Below are positions 1 through 9,173 of a stretch of DNA of 36,336 nucleotides, in pieces. Positions within the stretch are counted from its first letter, which is position 1. Each line of letters starts with the position of its first letter. The notes under the pieces are model-generated. The model was given only the letters and a program-made list of their open reading frames with translations. It did not search any database and was not told the DNA's origin. The DNA comes from Candidatus Nanohaloarchaea archaeon (GTDB taxonomy: Archaea > EX4484-52 > GLR71). A program made the position numbers and the translations under genes. The stretch lies in NCBI GenBank assembly GCA_030671745.1, contig DAOVHT010000001.1, positions 1-36,336 of the forward strand. The letters are read 5' to 3'.

Positions 1-1287
1 GATATGCAGATCGGTGCTGATTCTGTCTGGGCACAAGGTATTTATGGTGATGGTGTAACTGTTGCTGTATTGGATACAGGTGTTGATATTGATCATCCTG
101 AATTGAATGGTAGCATTATCGGTTGTGAAACATTTGCAGGTGGAACTTGTGATGATGAGCATGGCCATGGTACGCATGTATCAGGGATAATAACTGCTGA
201 TGGTGTCGACACTGATGCTATGGGTGTATCTCCTGATGCAGGGATCTACATGTATAAGGTCTGTGGTTCTGATGGTTCATGTTTTGAGTCTGACATGATG
301 GCTGCTATGGAGGCTGCCGTATTGACAGATGCGAAAGTTATGAGTATCAGTATCGGTGGTGGAAATTTTGCAGGAGAAAATTGTGACAGCGACCCATTGG
401 CTGCAAAGGTTAATTGGGTTGTGAGTCAAGGGATCACAGTAGTGATTGCATCCGGGAATGACAGGTCCTATGTAAGTAGCCCTGCATGCGCATCAGGAGC
501 GATAGCTGTCGGTGCAGTAGATAAATCAGATAATTTAGCATATTTCAGTAATTTCGGTCCTTCATTAGACATTGTGGCACCAGGAGTAAGTATCTATTCT
601 CCAATTATAGATGGATATGATTCTTGGAGTGGAACATCGATGTCGACCCCACACATATCTGGGACAGTGGCATTGATGTTGGAAGCCAATCCCGGTTTAA
701 CTGATGCTGAAATAAAGACAGCTCTTTATGCGACTGCAGACCCTATCAATCCAGACTCTGTATGTTATGGTGTTGTAAAGACGGCAGGAAATAATTATTG
801 GATAGGTATAGTTCCATGCACTTATGATAGTTATGGTGCAGGACTGGTCAATGCATACGGCGCAGTCAATTATTTCACACAGTCAGATCCTGTATGTGGT
901 GATGGTATAGTTACTCCTGGATATGAGGTCTGTGATGGGACCGATCTTGCATATGCGACATGCATGACTCAAGGATTTGATGGTGGCAACCTAAGCTGCA
1001 GTTCTGATTGTTCTGGTTTTGATGTCAGTGGTTGTTTCAGTTATGTCTGCGGAAACGGGTATGTTGAAGGCGCTGAAGAATGTGACAGTGATAATCTAGC
1101 TTGGGCGACATGCACGACTCAAGGATATGATGCTGGCGCATTGGCTTGTACAGAAACCTGCACATATGACACGACCGGTTGCACAACAACTGAACCTGAA
1201 TCCTCATGCGACAGTTGCCTGAAAGGCGTATGTGATGGTAGATGTCACCCATGGCGAGAAGATGCGACTTGCAGTGACTGCGTATAG
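1..1287 (+). CDS. Subtilisin-like serine protease (peptidase S8), 5'-partial at the window edge, with a Cys-rich C-terminal region
   Basis: Frame 1 is open from nt 1. Catalytic motifs occur in D-H-S order: VAVLDTGVD, HGHGTHVSG, GTSMSTPHISG. Asp-to-His spacing is about 30 aa, as in classical subtilisins. TAG stop at 1285-1287 is followed by an oligo-T tract. Confidence 0.93.
   Translation, partial: DMQIGADSVWAQGIYGDGVTVAVLDTGVDIDHPELNGSIIGCETFAGGTCDDEHGHGTHVSGIITADGVDTDAMGVSPDAGIYMYKVCGSDGSCFESDMMAAMEAAVLTDAKVMSISIGGGNFAGENCDSDPLAAKVNWVVSQGITVVIASGNDRSYVSSPACASGAIAVGAVDKSDNLAYFSNFGPSLDIVAPGVSIYSPIIDGYDSWSGTSMSTPHISGTVALMLEANPGLTDAEIKTALYATADPINPDSVCYGVVKTAGNNYWIGIVPCTYDSYGAGLVNAYGAVNYFTQSDPVCGDGIVTPGYEVCDGTDLAYATCMTQGFDGGNLSCSSDCSGFDVSGCFSYVCGNGYVEGAEECDSDNLAWATCTTQGYDAGALACTETCTYDTTGCTTTEPESSCDSCLKGVCDGRCHPWREDATCSDCV
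895..1182 (+). repeat. Two tandem Cys-rich modules (about 47 aa each) inside the protease C-terminus
   Basis: CGDGIVTPGYEVCDGTDLAYATCMTQGFDGGNLSCSSDCSGFDVSGC (895-1035) aligns with CGNGYVEGAEECDSDNLAWATCTTQGYDAGALACTETCTYDTTGC (1048-1182). The CGNG..E..E.CD pattern resembles the cysteine-rich repeats described in myxobacterial secreted proteins (resemblance judged by eye only). Confidence 0.75.
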
Positions 1288-1290
1288 TCC

Positions 1291-1313
1291 TTTCTTTTCT
1301 TTTTTTATTTTTT
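1291..1313 (+). terminator. Oligo-T tract downstream of the protease stop (archaeal-style terminator candidate)
   Basis: The sequence tttcttttctttttttatttttt starts 4 nt after the stop codon. Confidence 0.4.
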
Positions 1314-1443
1314 AATTGATTGTTTTCTTGAATATCTTTTGGCTGAATTTTAAGTTCAATCAGCATATATATATTGTCTAAACCATACATTTAAATATAT
1401 CTAAAACTAAATATATATCATAGTTAGTACTTTACGGGGTGGT

Positions 1444-2052
1444 ATGGATATGAAACGACTTTTGGTTCTTAGTGTAATGCTGGGAATGGTTTTGGCAACT
1501 GCAGGGATAGGTTTCGCTGCAGACGGGCTGATGGCTAAGGAAAAGGCAGGTGATTGCGCAGGCCAATGCACAACAATTCCGAGCGGTGAATTGTATACGA
1601 CTGACGGAGAACTGTTGACTATCGGCTATGACGAGTGGGGATATAATTATCAGGGACGTTCTTTCAACGGTGACTTCTGTGATTATCATCCAGTCTACAG
1701 GCCGGGTGGAGCCGACCATGATTGGTGCGTAGAGAACTATGGCGATGTTAAGCTGGTTATGGGATGGAATGATGCATGGCTGAGCAATACAGATTGTGAC
1801 GGTGATGGAATGCTTGACAGGCACTATGGCTACGACAGTTACATCGGTTCCGGCGCCTGGGAGACCAATACGATGACAGGGACGGATGAAAACGGAACAT
1901 CCTGGGCATATTTTGTAAAGATTGCTGCAAAGCCGTCAGCAGATTATGAATGTGAAGAGATTTGGGGTTCATTCTGTGTTTTGATGGAAGTTTACAGCGG
2001 TGAAGGTGCATCCTTCTATGAAGATGAGATAGGATTTGGGGCGTGGAATTGA
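1444..2052 (+). CDS. Secreted hypothetical protein (202 aa) with an N-terminal signal peptide
   Basis: The ATG is preceded by GGGGTGGT (SD-like). The N-terminus MDMKRLLVLSVMLGMVLATAGIGFA|ADG looks like a Sec signal. An oligo-T tract at 2061-2074 follows the stop. I recognise no family. Confidence 0.7.
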   Translation: MDMKRLLVLSVMLGMVLATAGIGFAADGLMAKEKAGDCAGQCTTIPSGELYTTDGELLTIGYDEWGYNYQGRSFNGDFCDYHPVYRPGGADHDWCVENYGDVKLVMGWNDAWLSNTDCDGDGMLDRHYGYDSYIGSGAWETNTMTGTDENGTSWAYFVKIAAKPSADYECEEIWGSFCVLMEVYSGEGASFYEDEIGFGAWN

Positions 2053-2243
2053 TTCCCGCCTTTTTTTCTTTTTCATTATAATAAAAAATAACTAATCTCC
2101 CTCTTCAAAGATGAAGGTCTCATCGATTGTGCTATTTAAAGCCTCAGCAATCCTGTGCGCCAGTTGAAGGGACTATTCAAAGCTTTCATTTTGACACAAG
2201 AATAAAACAAAAACTATATGAGTCTTAAAACCATAATATCTTT

Positions 2244-2441
2244 ATGGATAAAAAGAATTTATTCTGGATGTTCGGAACTCTTCAGGCATTGACCTTAGGT
2301 GCGATAATATATCTGGTCTTCAGGTCATTGAACATGATAGCTGGAATAAGTACGATAGGTCCGGATACACAGATTGTATTAAGTGTCCTGTTCCCCGTCT
2401 TCCTGCTGATTACAGAATACATGATATATTCAAAAGACTGA
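2244..2441 (+). CDS. Small membrane protein (65 aa, two hydrophobic helices), hypothetical
   Basis: It has an ATG start and two hydrophobic segments (LFWMFGTLQALTLGAIIYLVF; IVLSVLFPVFLLITEYMIY). There is no homology evidence. Confidence 0.4.
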   Translation: MDKKNLFWMFGTLQALTLGAIIYLVFRSLNMIAGISTIGPDTQIVLSVLFPVFLLITEYMIYSKD

Positions 2442-2527
2442 AACACACAGATACAATTTATATCAAAACATTTTAGTGTTCGGCTTTTTCTCACATCTTA
2501 TAGGTCAGAATTAATTATTTTCTCATT

Positions 2528-3736
2528 TCACATCCGTCTCGCAATACCGATCACAAAAGACATGGCAATTGCTGCAAACACAAACACGAAATTAAGCCCA
2601 TACATATCAGCAATCAATCCCGCGACCAACGGACCGGTGAATGCTGCCATGTCAGCAACCGCACCATAGATCCCCGTAATCTCACCATTGTTCTCTTTAG
2701 CCATCCTTGACACATATCCTGAGACGACGGGCGCGACCATGGCAAGACCGCAACTTCCTAAAAGCGTAAACAATAATATGTATGAATAATTGTTAGCAAA
2801 AAATAATGCAAAGAAGAATACGCAAGCAAGACTTGCGCCAATAGTCAATATCTTTTTAGCACCGAAAGTGTCTGCCATCTCACCGAACACAAACTGGAAT
2901 ATGAAAGGGAGGTACATAAGTGAATACACAAGCCCGATCTGCCACAGGCTCCCACCGATAGAGTTTATGTATAATGCCACCACCATGACAAGGATTGCAG
3001 ACGACATCTTAGACAGGAATGATATCATGGTGACCTTGACACCCATACTTTTCTCATCAGTATAATCTTTAAGCTCTTTTGCGATGAACTTATCCTTGAA
3101 CATCACATCTTTTAGACCTTGTGAAATGCTTCTTTTAGGCTTGATGCTATCTGGGATGTGATGCACTATTGTGGCAGCGATTATGGCCGCAAACCCGACA
3201 GCATAGAACAATGACCTTATATCAAAAAATGTGATAATCAATGCGCCGAATACGGGACCTATCGTGTATGCCAGCGCACTCGCCGTATAGAAGTAACCCA
3301 TATACTCGGATTTCTTGTGCGCGGGTGATATGTCCCTGACATAGGTCCTTCCCGGGATCCAGATACCGACCGCGGCCACACCATGGTATACTCTTGCCGC
3401 AACAAGCGCGCTGACACTGTGTGTCACAGTATAGATAGGACCGATAACCAAGTAATTGATGAATGCGAAAAGAAGTATCTTCTTGCGCCCGACCTTGTCA
3501 ATTAGGTCGCCGATAAAAATTGATATCACTGCCGCAACAATTGACATGAGCGATATTATGAAACCAACCTGCGAATAGTTTGGCACTATGCTTGCAAGAT
3601 ATATTGAAAAGTACGGCAGTATCATCCCCCACGAGAATGAATAGATTAGGAATGCTAAAGACAGAAGTTTAAGCGATTTGGGCACACTCTTAAGATTTTT
3701 TTCAATCTTGTGCACCTCCTTGAATGTATCATGCAT
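2528..3736 (-). CDS. Major facilitator superfamily (MFS) transporter
   Basis: The 402-aa product is hydrophobic throughout, with about 12 predicted helices. It carries the MFS loop motif GDLIDKVGRKKILL between the early helices. ATG at 3736. Confidence 0.85.
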   Translation of the reverse strand: MHDTFKEVHKIEKNLKSVPKSLKLLSLAFLIYSFSWGMILPYFSIYLASIVPNYSQVGFIISLMSIVAAVISIFIGDLIDKVGRKKILLFAFINYLVIGPIYTVTHSVSALVAARVYHGVAAVGIWIPGRTYVRDISPAHKKSEYMGYFYTASALAYTIGPVFGALIITFFDIRSLFYAVGFAAIIAATIVHHIPDSIKPKRSISQGLKDVMFKDKFIAKELKDYTDEKSMGVKVTMISFLSKMSSAILVMVVALYINSIGGSLWQIGLVYSLMYLPFIFQFVFGEMADTFGAKKILTIGASLACVFFFALFFANNYSYILLFTLLGSCGLAMVAPVVSGYVSRMAKENNGEITGIYGAVADMAAFTGPLVAGLIADMYGLNFVFVFAAIAMSFVIGIARRM

Positions 3737-3800
3737 AGACTAAGACTTATATCAAGTAGCTTATATATATTGATAACTAAAACAACAATAAGTGATTCCT

Positions 3801-4214
3801 ATGGACTGTCTGTTCTGCAAAATTATATCTGGCGAGATTCCAGCAAAAATAGTTTATGAAGACGATACATCAATAGCATTCCTTGACATAGCCCCCTGCG
3901 CAGAAGGCCACACCGTAGTCATCCCGAAAAAGCATTATGCGCACTTCACAGACATGGACGCAGATGATGTAAAAGACCTGTTCGCCTCAGTCAAAAAGAT
4001 AGCGATTGCAGTAGAGAAAGCGACAGAAGCCGACGGTTCAAACATCGGCCTGAACAACAAGAAAGCCGCAGGGCAGGAAGTACCGCACGTCCACATCCAC
4101 ATCATCCCGAGAAAAGACGGTGACGATGGTGGTGCAATCCAGTCGATAATCAATACCTATCCAAAAACAGATAACCTTGACGCCCTGAAAGAAAAGATAA
4201 AGGGATGTTTTTAA
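3801..4214 (+). CDS. HIT (histidine triad) family nucleotide hydrolase
   Basis: The N-terminus CLFCKIISGEIPAKIVYEDD and the histidine triad HVHIHIIPR are both present. The track start at 3792 is GTG. The ATG at 3801 (MDCLFCKI) lies about 30 nt downstream of the TATA-like ttatatata (3764-3772). Confidence 0.92.
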   Translation: MDCLFCKIISGEIPAKIVYEDDTSIAFLDIAPCAEGHTVVIPKKHYAHFTDMDADDVKDLFASVKKIAIAVEKATEADGSNIGLNNKKAAGQEVPHVHIHIIPRKDGDDGGAIQSIINTYPKTDNLDALKEKIKGCF

Positions 4215-4259
4215 GAAACATACTTGATGATCCATATTCTCTTACAACTGCACCCGCAA

Positions 4260-4979
4260 TCAAAAATCGCAAAGCCTTCTTTTTGAATGTTCAACATAAT
4301 TCAGATTAATGGAAATGTTTTGGTATCCAACATCAAAATGGGTCATATCACATATATAGACAATAACCGTATCTACATCTTCTTTTTCTTTTTGGCTCTC
4401 TTCATCGACCAATTCTATCAACCTATTGGCCGTATCACGGTCTCGCGCCTCATAATACTCCATCAACAGTTCATCATCTGAAACGATAAGATATGGTCTG
4501 TCTCCAATATATGATGTCTGGTCGTTTATTGCATTGTATTCCTTTTTAATCTGCATCCTTGCATCTTTCGGTCTTGCAGAAAACACTCCTGACAAAAACT
4601 CATCCTTTCGCGCAGAATATATTTCGATAGCTTCTGCATATCTAAAATCATCAAAATCCGCATCATCAAGCCCAAAAATCTGAGCACCTCCATCTCTCGA
4701 TCGGTTCAATCTTAGATAGTACCATATTTCATCCTGTATATATTCGCGAAGTGTATATACATTTGAGTCTGGATATTCATCGAGCAATGTATCCCTCTTT
4801 TCACCATAATAGTCTATATCACATGAATTGACCTTAACATCTTCCATCAATGAATCAATATCATTCTGCGTCTCTTCAACCGCAATTATGTCAGGGTTCA
4901 ATTTAGATATGACTCGGTCTAATCTGTGATATGTGTTCATATCTCCGGGAACCATCCCTATAACATAAAGCTTGACCAT
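4260..4979 (-). CDS. Hypothetical acidic cytoplasmic protein (239 aa from ATG 4979; the track start 5036 is less likely)
   Basis: This is a long ORF on the minus strand. The first 19 track codons are encoded by AT-rich, TATA-like sequence (TTTAAATAGGTTTAAAAAAA on the minus strand), which fits a promoter better than coding sequence. I can assign no secure family. Confidence 0.6.
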   Translation of the reverse strand: MVKLYVIGMVPGDMNTYHRLDRVISKLNPDIIAVEETQNDIDSLMEDVKVNSCDIDYYGEKRDTLLDEYPDSNVYTLREYIQDEIWYYLRLNRSRDGGAQIFGLDDADFDDFRYAEAIEIYSARKDEFLSGVFSARPKDARMQIKKEYNAINDQTSYIGDRPYLIVSDDELLMEYYEARDRDTANRLIELVDEESQKEKEDVDTVIVYICDMTHFDVGYQNISINLNYVEHSKRRLCDF

Positions 4980-5259
4980 GATACTATTATTGTTTTGAAT
5001 TTTTTTAAACCTATTTAAACCCCTTAAAAATAACATTTAATGCCTTTTTGTCATTTTCATATCAATTTATGGAATTATAGCTTTTAACTTATGAGATTTA
5101 TGGATATGTATTCCTTCATACCACTAATAAACACTGTATATTTTCCAAAACCCTACGAATGATATAAAAAACTTATCACCAAAATTAGACAGTGGCATAT
5201 CTGCAAAACTTTTTGCGGACTAGATACATCAAGGTGCGATTTATATGTAATATAATCAT

Positions 5260-8200
5260 TTGGCTATTGAAAAGGAAGTACGAGCGGTCTGGAAAAAGAA
5301 GAAGATAATAGAGACGATAACAGATTTCAAGCCCACAGAAGACAGAAAGAAATTCTACCTAGTCGACGGCCCACCTTACGCCAACGGTCTCCCTCACGCA
5401 GGTCATGTCATGACCATGGTCTTCAAAGACATCTGGGGTAAATTCAAACACATGCAAGGCCACGCCGTCTGGTTCCAGCCAGGTTTTGACTGCCACGGCC
5501 TACCTATCGAAAACAAAGTAGAGAAAGACATGGGCATAAAAGACAAGCAAGACATAGAAAAGATAGGTGTCGAGAAGTTCATAGGTGCCTGCCGCGAGTT
5601 CGCAACGTCTAACCTGACAGAATGGATGAATTTCTATAAGCAGATAGGTGCCTGGAAAGGTTGGGTAAAACCTTACCTGACATACGACAACAACTACATA
5701 GAATCCGGTTGGTGGACAATAAAGAACCTTTATGATAAAGGTCTTATGGTCGAGGGCAAGAAACCGATATTCTGGTGCCCTCACTGCCAGACTGCAATCT
5801 CAGGTTATGAGGCGACAGACTCATACAAAGACGTCACAGACCCAGCAGTATTCATCAAGTTTCCCGTCAAAGGAAAGAAAGACGAATATCTTCTTGCATG
5901 GACCACAACACCATGGACACTGCCCGCAAACATAGCGCTCGTGGTACACCCAGACGAAAAATACGTAAAAGTAAAGATCGGCAACGAGACAATAATCCTA
6001 GCAGAGAAACTGATGGATTCAGTCCTCAAGAAGAAAAAGATCGAGAATCCGAAAATAATCAAGACCTTGAAAGGCAAAGACCTTGAAAACCTAAGATATG
6101 AACCGCTCCTTGACGTCCCCGTCCAGAATGACGTGGACAAGGAACAGAATGCGCACAAGGTAGTATTGTCAATACCGATCCTGAAAAAGACAGTGGCATC
6201 AAAAGTCCAGGCAAAAAAAGGTATAGATGTAAAAATTGATGATAAAGACAAGTTCGGTCACCTAGTAACAATGGATGCAGGAACAGGCATAGTTCATTGC
6301 GCACCCGGTCACGGTGCAGACGACAACAAGATTGGCGACCATTACAACCTACCTATTCTGTCTCCCGTCGACGATGCCGGTTGCCTGACTGAAGGCACAG
6401 GTTTTGAAGGTCAGTTCGTAAAAGATGCAGACAAACACATAGTAGAACTTCTAAAAAATACAAACCGACTTTTCCATTTCGAGAACATAACCCATTCATA
6501 CCCATTATGCTGGCGATGCAAGTCACCATTGGTGTACCGGTTATCTAACCAGTGGTTCTTCAAGATAGATACGATAAAAGACCAGATGCTGAAAGGCAAC
6601 AAGAAAGTTAACTGGCTCCCAGATTTTGCAGGAGAAAGAATGGATAACTGGGTGGCTGACGCAACCGACTGGTGCGTGTCACAGCAAAGATATTGGGGTG
6701 TCCCAATACCTATCTGGAACTGCAGGTCCTGCGGTTCTAAAAAGATAATCGGTGGAAAGAAAGAACTGGAAAGCGAGATGACAAACAAAGTAAAACTTGA
6801 CGACCTCCACAAGCACGTTGTAGACAAAGTAAAATTCAAGTGCGATTGCGGTGGCGAGATGGAAAGGATACCCGACATAATAAACATCTGGGTTGAGTCC
6901 GGTATAGGTCCTTGGGCATCGCTTGGCTACCCGCACCACGACAACGGTCTTTTCGATAAGTTGTGGCAGGTCGACCTGGTTGACGAATCCACAGACCAGA
7001 TACGTGGTTGGTTCTACGCACTGCTTTTCATGGGTCACGCCACTTTCGGCAAGACACCGTTCAAGACAGTATGCCTGAATGGCTGGACACTTGACGAGAA
7101 AGGTGTCAAGATGTCAAAGTCAATCGGCAATGTGGTATCAGCCGAGACCTGCGAGAAAGAGTTAGGTGCAGATGTACTGCGGCTTTACAACTGCTATAAC
7201 ATTGCACCCTGGGAAACCCAGAAGTTCAGCCTTGACGGTGCAAAAGAACTATTCAAGTTCATGAACATACTTTCAAACACAGTCAATTTCATCGAGATGT
7301 ATAAGGTTGACACAGCACTAATCAAAAATAGACCAAAATCATTGGAAACTGAAGATAAGTGGATGCTCTCAAGATTGAATTCCATGATTGAAGAGGTCAC
7401 AGATGACCTTGAGAATTTCAGGTTCCATTTCGCAGGAAGGAAAATTGTCGACCTGATGATAAATGACTTTTCAAGATGGTACATGAAGATTGCAAAAGAC
7501 AAGTCAGACGGAAAGACTCTGAAAGAGAGCACAGCATACACGATACTGACAGTCCTTAATACAACAATCAAGATGCTTGCACCACTCTGTCCGTTCATAA
7601 CGGATAAGATCTATCTTGACCTTTTCAGTAAAACTGAAAATAAAGAATCCATCCACTTATGCGACTATCCGGTCTCAGACAAGAGACTTATAGACACATC
7701 TCTTGAGACCTCAATGAGAATAGTCGACAACGTGGTTGAGGCAGTAGCAGCACTGAGACAGGATGCAGGACTCAGATTAAGATGGCCTGTAAAGTCAGTA
7801 AAACTTGCAGGTGACGACAATGTCAAGACTGCAGTCAAAGAGTTCAAGACCCTGATGCGATCTTTAACAAACTCAAAAGAAGTAATCTTCGGCAACATGG
7901 ATTTGGACATTGTGGTCAAACCAAACTTTGCAGTATTAGGTCCTAAGTTCGGCAAGGACGCAGGCAAAGTGGTCAAGGCAATATCCTCACAGGATCCTGA
8001 AAAGTTCAAGGCGCAACTTGATAAAGGCGCAGTCGACATTGACGGTTTCAAGATAGATTCATCAATGGTAAAAGTTGAAGAGAAAGTCAAGGAAGGTCTG
8101 TCCGGTCAGTCTTTTGACGGCGGGTCTGTATATCTTGACACTGAAAGGACACCCGAACTTGAAGAAGAGAGTCTGGCACGGGAAGTCATGCGCCAGATCC

Positions 8201-8397
8201 AGGTCATGCGAAAGGATGCGGGATTGGATGTTTCAGAGACCGTCAAGGTCTATCTTTCAGGCGAAGATGCGACAATCGAGAAATTCAAGGTCGACATTGC
8301 CAAAGAGACCGGGTCTGAAGTAATGATTGGAACTCTTAAAGGTAAGAAGACCGAGACTGTCGAGTTCAAGGACAAGAAAGTCAAGGTCTCACTTTGA
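5260..8397 (+). CDS. ileS: Isoleucine--tRNA ligase (class I aaRS)
   Basis: The HIGH motif is PPYANGLPHAGH and the KMSKS motif is VKMSKSIGN. Zn-type CxxC pairs are present (WCPHC, CWRC, CRSC). Length is 1045 aa. A TTG start at 5260 sits immediately after an in-frame TAA (5248-5250). The first downstream ATG lies beyond the HIGH motif. Confidence 0.97.
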   Translation: MAIEKEVRAVWKKKKIIETITDFKPTEDRKKFYLVDGPPYANGLPHAGHVMTMVFKDIWGKFKHMQGHAVWFQPGFDCHGLPIENKVEKDMGIKDKQDIEKIGVEKFIGACREFATSNLTEWMNFYKQIGAWKGWVKPYLTYDNNYIESGWWTIKNLYDKGLMVEGKKPIFWCPHCQTAISGYEATDSYKDVTDPAVFIKFPVKGKKDEYLLAWTTTPWTLPANIALVVHPDEKYVKVKIGNETIILAEKLMDSVLKKKKIENPKIIKTLKGKDLENLRYEPLLDVPVQNDVDKEQNAHKVVLSIPILKKTVASKVQAKKGIDVKIDDKDKFGHLVTMDAGTGIVHCAPGHGADDNKIGDHYNLPILSPVDDAGCLTEGTGFEGQFVKDADKHIVELLKNTNRLFHFENITHSYPLCWRCKSPLVYRLSNQWFFKIDTIKDQMLKGNKKVNWLPDFAGERMDNWVADATDWCVSQQRYWGVPIPIWNCRSCGSKKIIGGKKELESEMTNKVKLDDLHKHVVDKVKFKCDCGGEMERIPDIINIWVESGIGPWASLGYPHHDNGLFDKLWQVDLVDESTDQIRGWFYALLFMGHATFGKTPFKTVCLNGWTLDEKGVKMSKSIGNVVSAETCEKELGADVLRLYNCYNIAPWETQKFSLDGAKELFKFMNILSNTVNFIEMYKVDTALIKNRPKSLETEDKWMLSRLNSMIEEVTDDLENFRFHFAGRKIVDLMINDFSRWYMKIAKDKSDGKTLKESTAYTILTVLNTTIKMLAPLCPFITDKIYLDLFSKTENKESIHLCDYPVSDKRLIDTSLETSMRIVDNVVEAVAALRQDAGLRLRWPVKSVKLAGDDNVKTAVKEFKTLMRSLTNSKEVIFGNMDLDIVVKPNFAVLGPKFGKDAGKVVKAISSQDPEKFKAQLDKGAVDIDGFKIDSSMVKVEEKVKEGLSGQSFDGGSVYLDTERTPELEEESLAREVMRQIQVMRKDAGLDVSETVKVYLSGEDATIEKFKVDIAKETGSEVMIGTLKGKKTETVEFKDKKVKVSL

Positions 8398-8465
8398 TTT
8401 TATTAAATTCTTTTTTTCTTATTTTGTATAATTTTTAACCAATAAGATTTAGTTGTCAACATAAT

Positions 8466-8479
8466 CTGACATATGTCAG
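8466..8479. repeat. Perfect 14-bp palindrome CTGACATATGTCAG in the convergent intergenic region
   Basis: Read directly from the sequence. It lies between the IleRS stop (8397) and the stop of the minus-strand gene at 8517. The half-site ctgacag recurs at 8487-8493. Function is unknown. Confidence 0.5.
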
Positions 8480-8516
8480 CATTTACTGACAGATAAATTA
8501 AAAAGAAAAAAAGACA

Positions 8517-9161
8517 TCACTTCAAGAAAACTCCGGTGATGCCTTCCATGTTCTGTGTTTGCGCATCGGCAAGTGTTGCATCACCGACGAATATGTTTGC
8601 ATCATTGCTTCCACCACTCAGGAATCGTTCTGTATTATTATCATATACAGTGTCTACATAGATGCCTGGTTTATGCTCAATTGAGAAATCATATACTTTG
8701 AAATTCTGGTATGTCGACCCCCAGATTATGTTTGTATTGTTTCCCATCATCTTGCGGAAATCTTCATCCAAGTATATGTTTATATCTAGAACCTCGTTGT
8801 TGATTGTGGGGACTATATATATTTCAGCAATACTATCTTTTGGATCCATGTCTGGTGTTATGCGCAACAGTACAGATGTTTCATTTTCGTCATTCATGAA
8901 TGTGACTTCATTTAAAAAAGTGTAACCATTCAATATGCCTATATGTTCAAATAATATCTTATAACGTCCGTCATCATATTGCATGCTTGCTGCATTGTCG
9001 TCATATCCATTCCCCTCTGTAATTTCTGTTGTGTTTATAACAGGTTCTATTTTTGATGAGTCATTATAATTCATATAAATATTTACAAGTGATATCAACA
9101 TTAGCAGTATAAGCACACCAATAATCAATTGCTTCTTATTAATTTTATTTTGTATATTCAT
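8517..9161 (-). CDS. Signal-anchored hypothetical protein; last gene of the minus-strand pilin-like operon
   Basis: The ATG at 9161 gives MNIQNKINKKQLIIGVLILLMLISLVNIYM (the track start 9170 is GTG). It begins 12 nt after the stop of the upstream gene. Confidence 0.6.
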   Translation of the reverse strand: MNIQNKINKKQLIIGVLILLMLISLVNIYMNYNDSSKIEPVINTTEITEGNGYDDNAASMQYDDGRYKILFEHIGILNGYTFLNEVTFMNDENETSVLLRITPDMDPKDSIAEIYIVPTINNEVLDINIYLDEDFRKMMGNNTNIIWGSTYQNFKVYDFSIEHKPGIYVDTVYDNNTERFLSGGSNDANIFVGDATLADAQTQNMEGITGVFLK

Positions 9162-9173
9162 AAATATCACATT

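Noticed and set aside
1037-2011. Minus-strand ORFs 1037-1390, 1432-1824 and 1757-2011.
   Set aside because: They are antisense to the protease 3' end and the secreted-protein gene. They span AT-rich intergenic and terminator sequence and have no motifs.
2092-2172. Minus-strand fragment LAHRIAEALNSTIDETFIFEEGD*, which resembles the C-terminal end of an XRE-type helix-turn-helix regulator.
   Set aside because: Only about 26 codons are open, with an in-frame TAG immediately upstream. That is too short for a confident call. At best it is a gene remnant.
4260-4979. Possible TraB/GumN-like (ChaN-superfamily) assignment for the 239-aa acidic protein, based on an N-terminal ..VIGMVPGD...PDIIAVEE.. 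pattern.
   Set aside because: The pattern match is too weak to annotate without a profile search, so I left it as hypothetical.
5500-8323. Many track ORFs inside or antisense to the IleRS gene (for example 5805-6251, 6411-6887, 7194-7598 and 7665-8090 on the minus strand; 5732-5935, 5898-6086 and 8075-8323 on the plus strand).
   Set aside because: They are fully embedded in a gene with unambiguous aaRS motifs. Their products are low-complexity (Ser/Phe/Leu- or Arg-rich) with no motifs. They are typical shadow ORFs.
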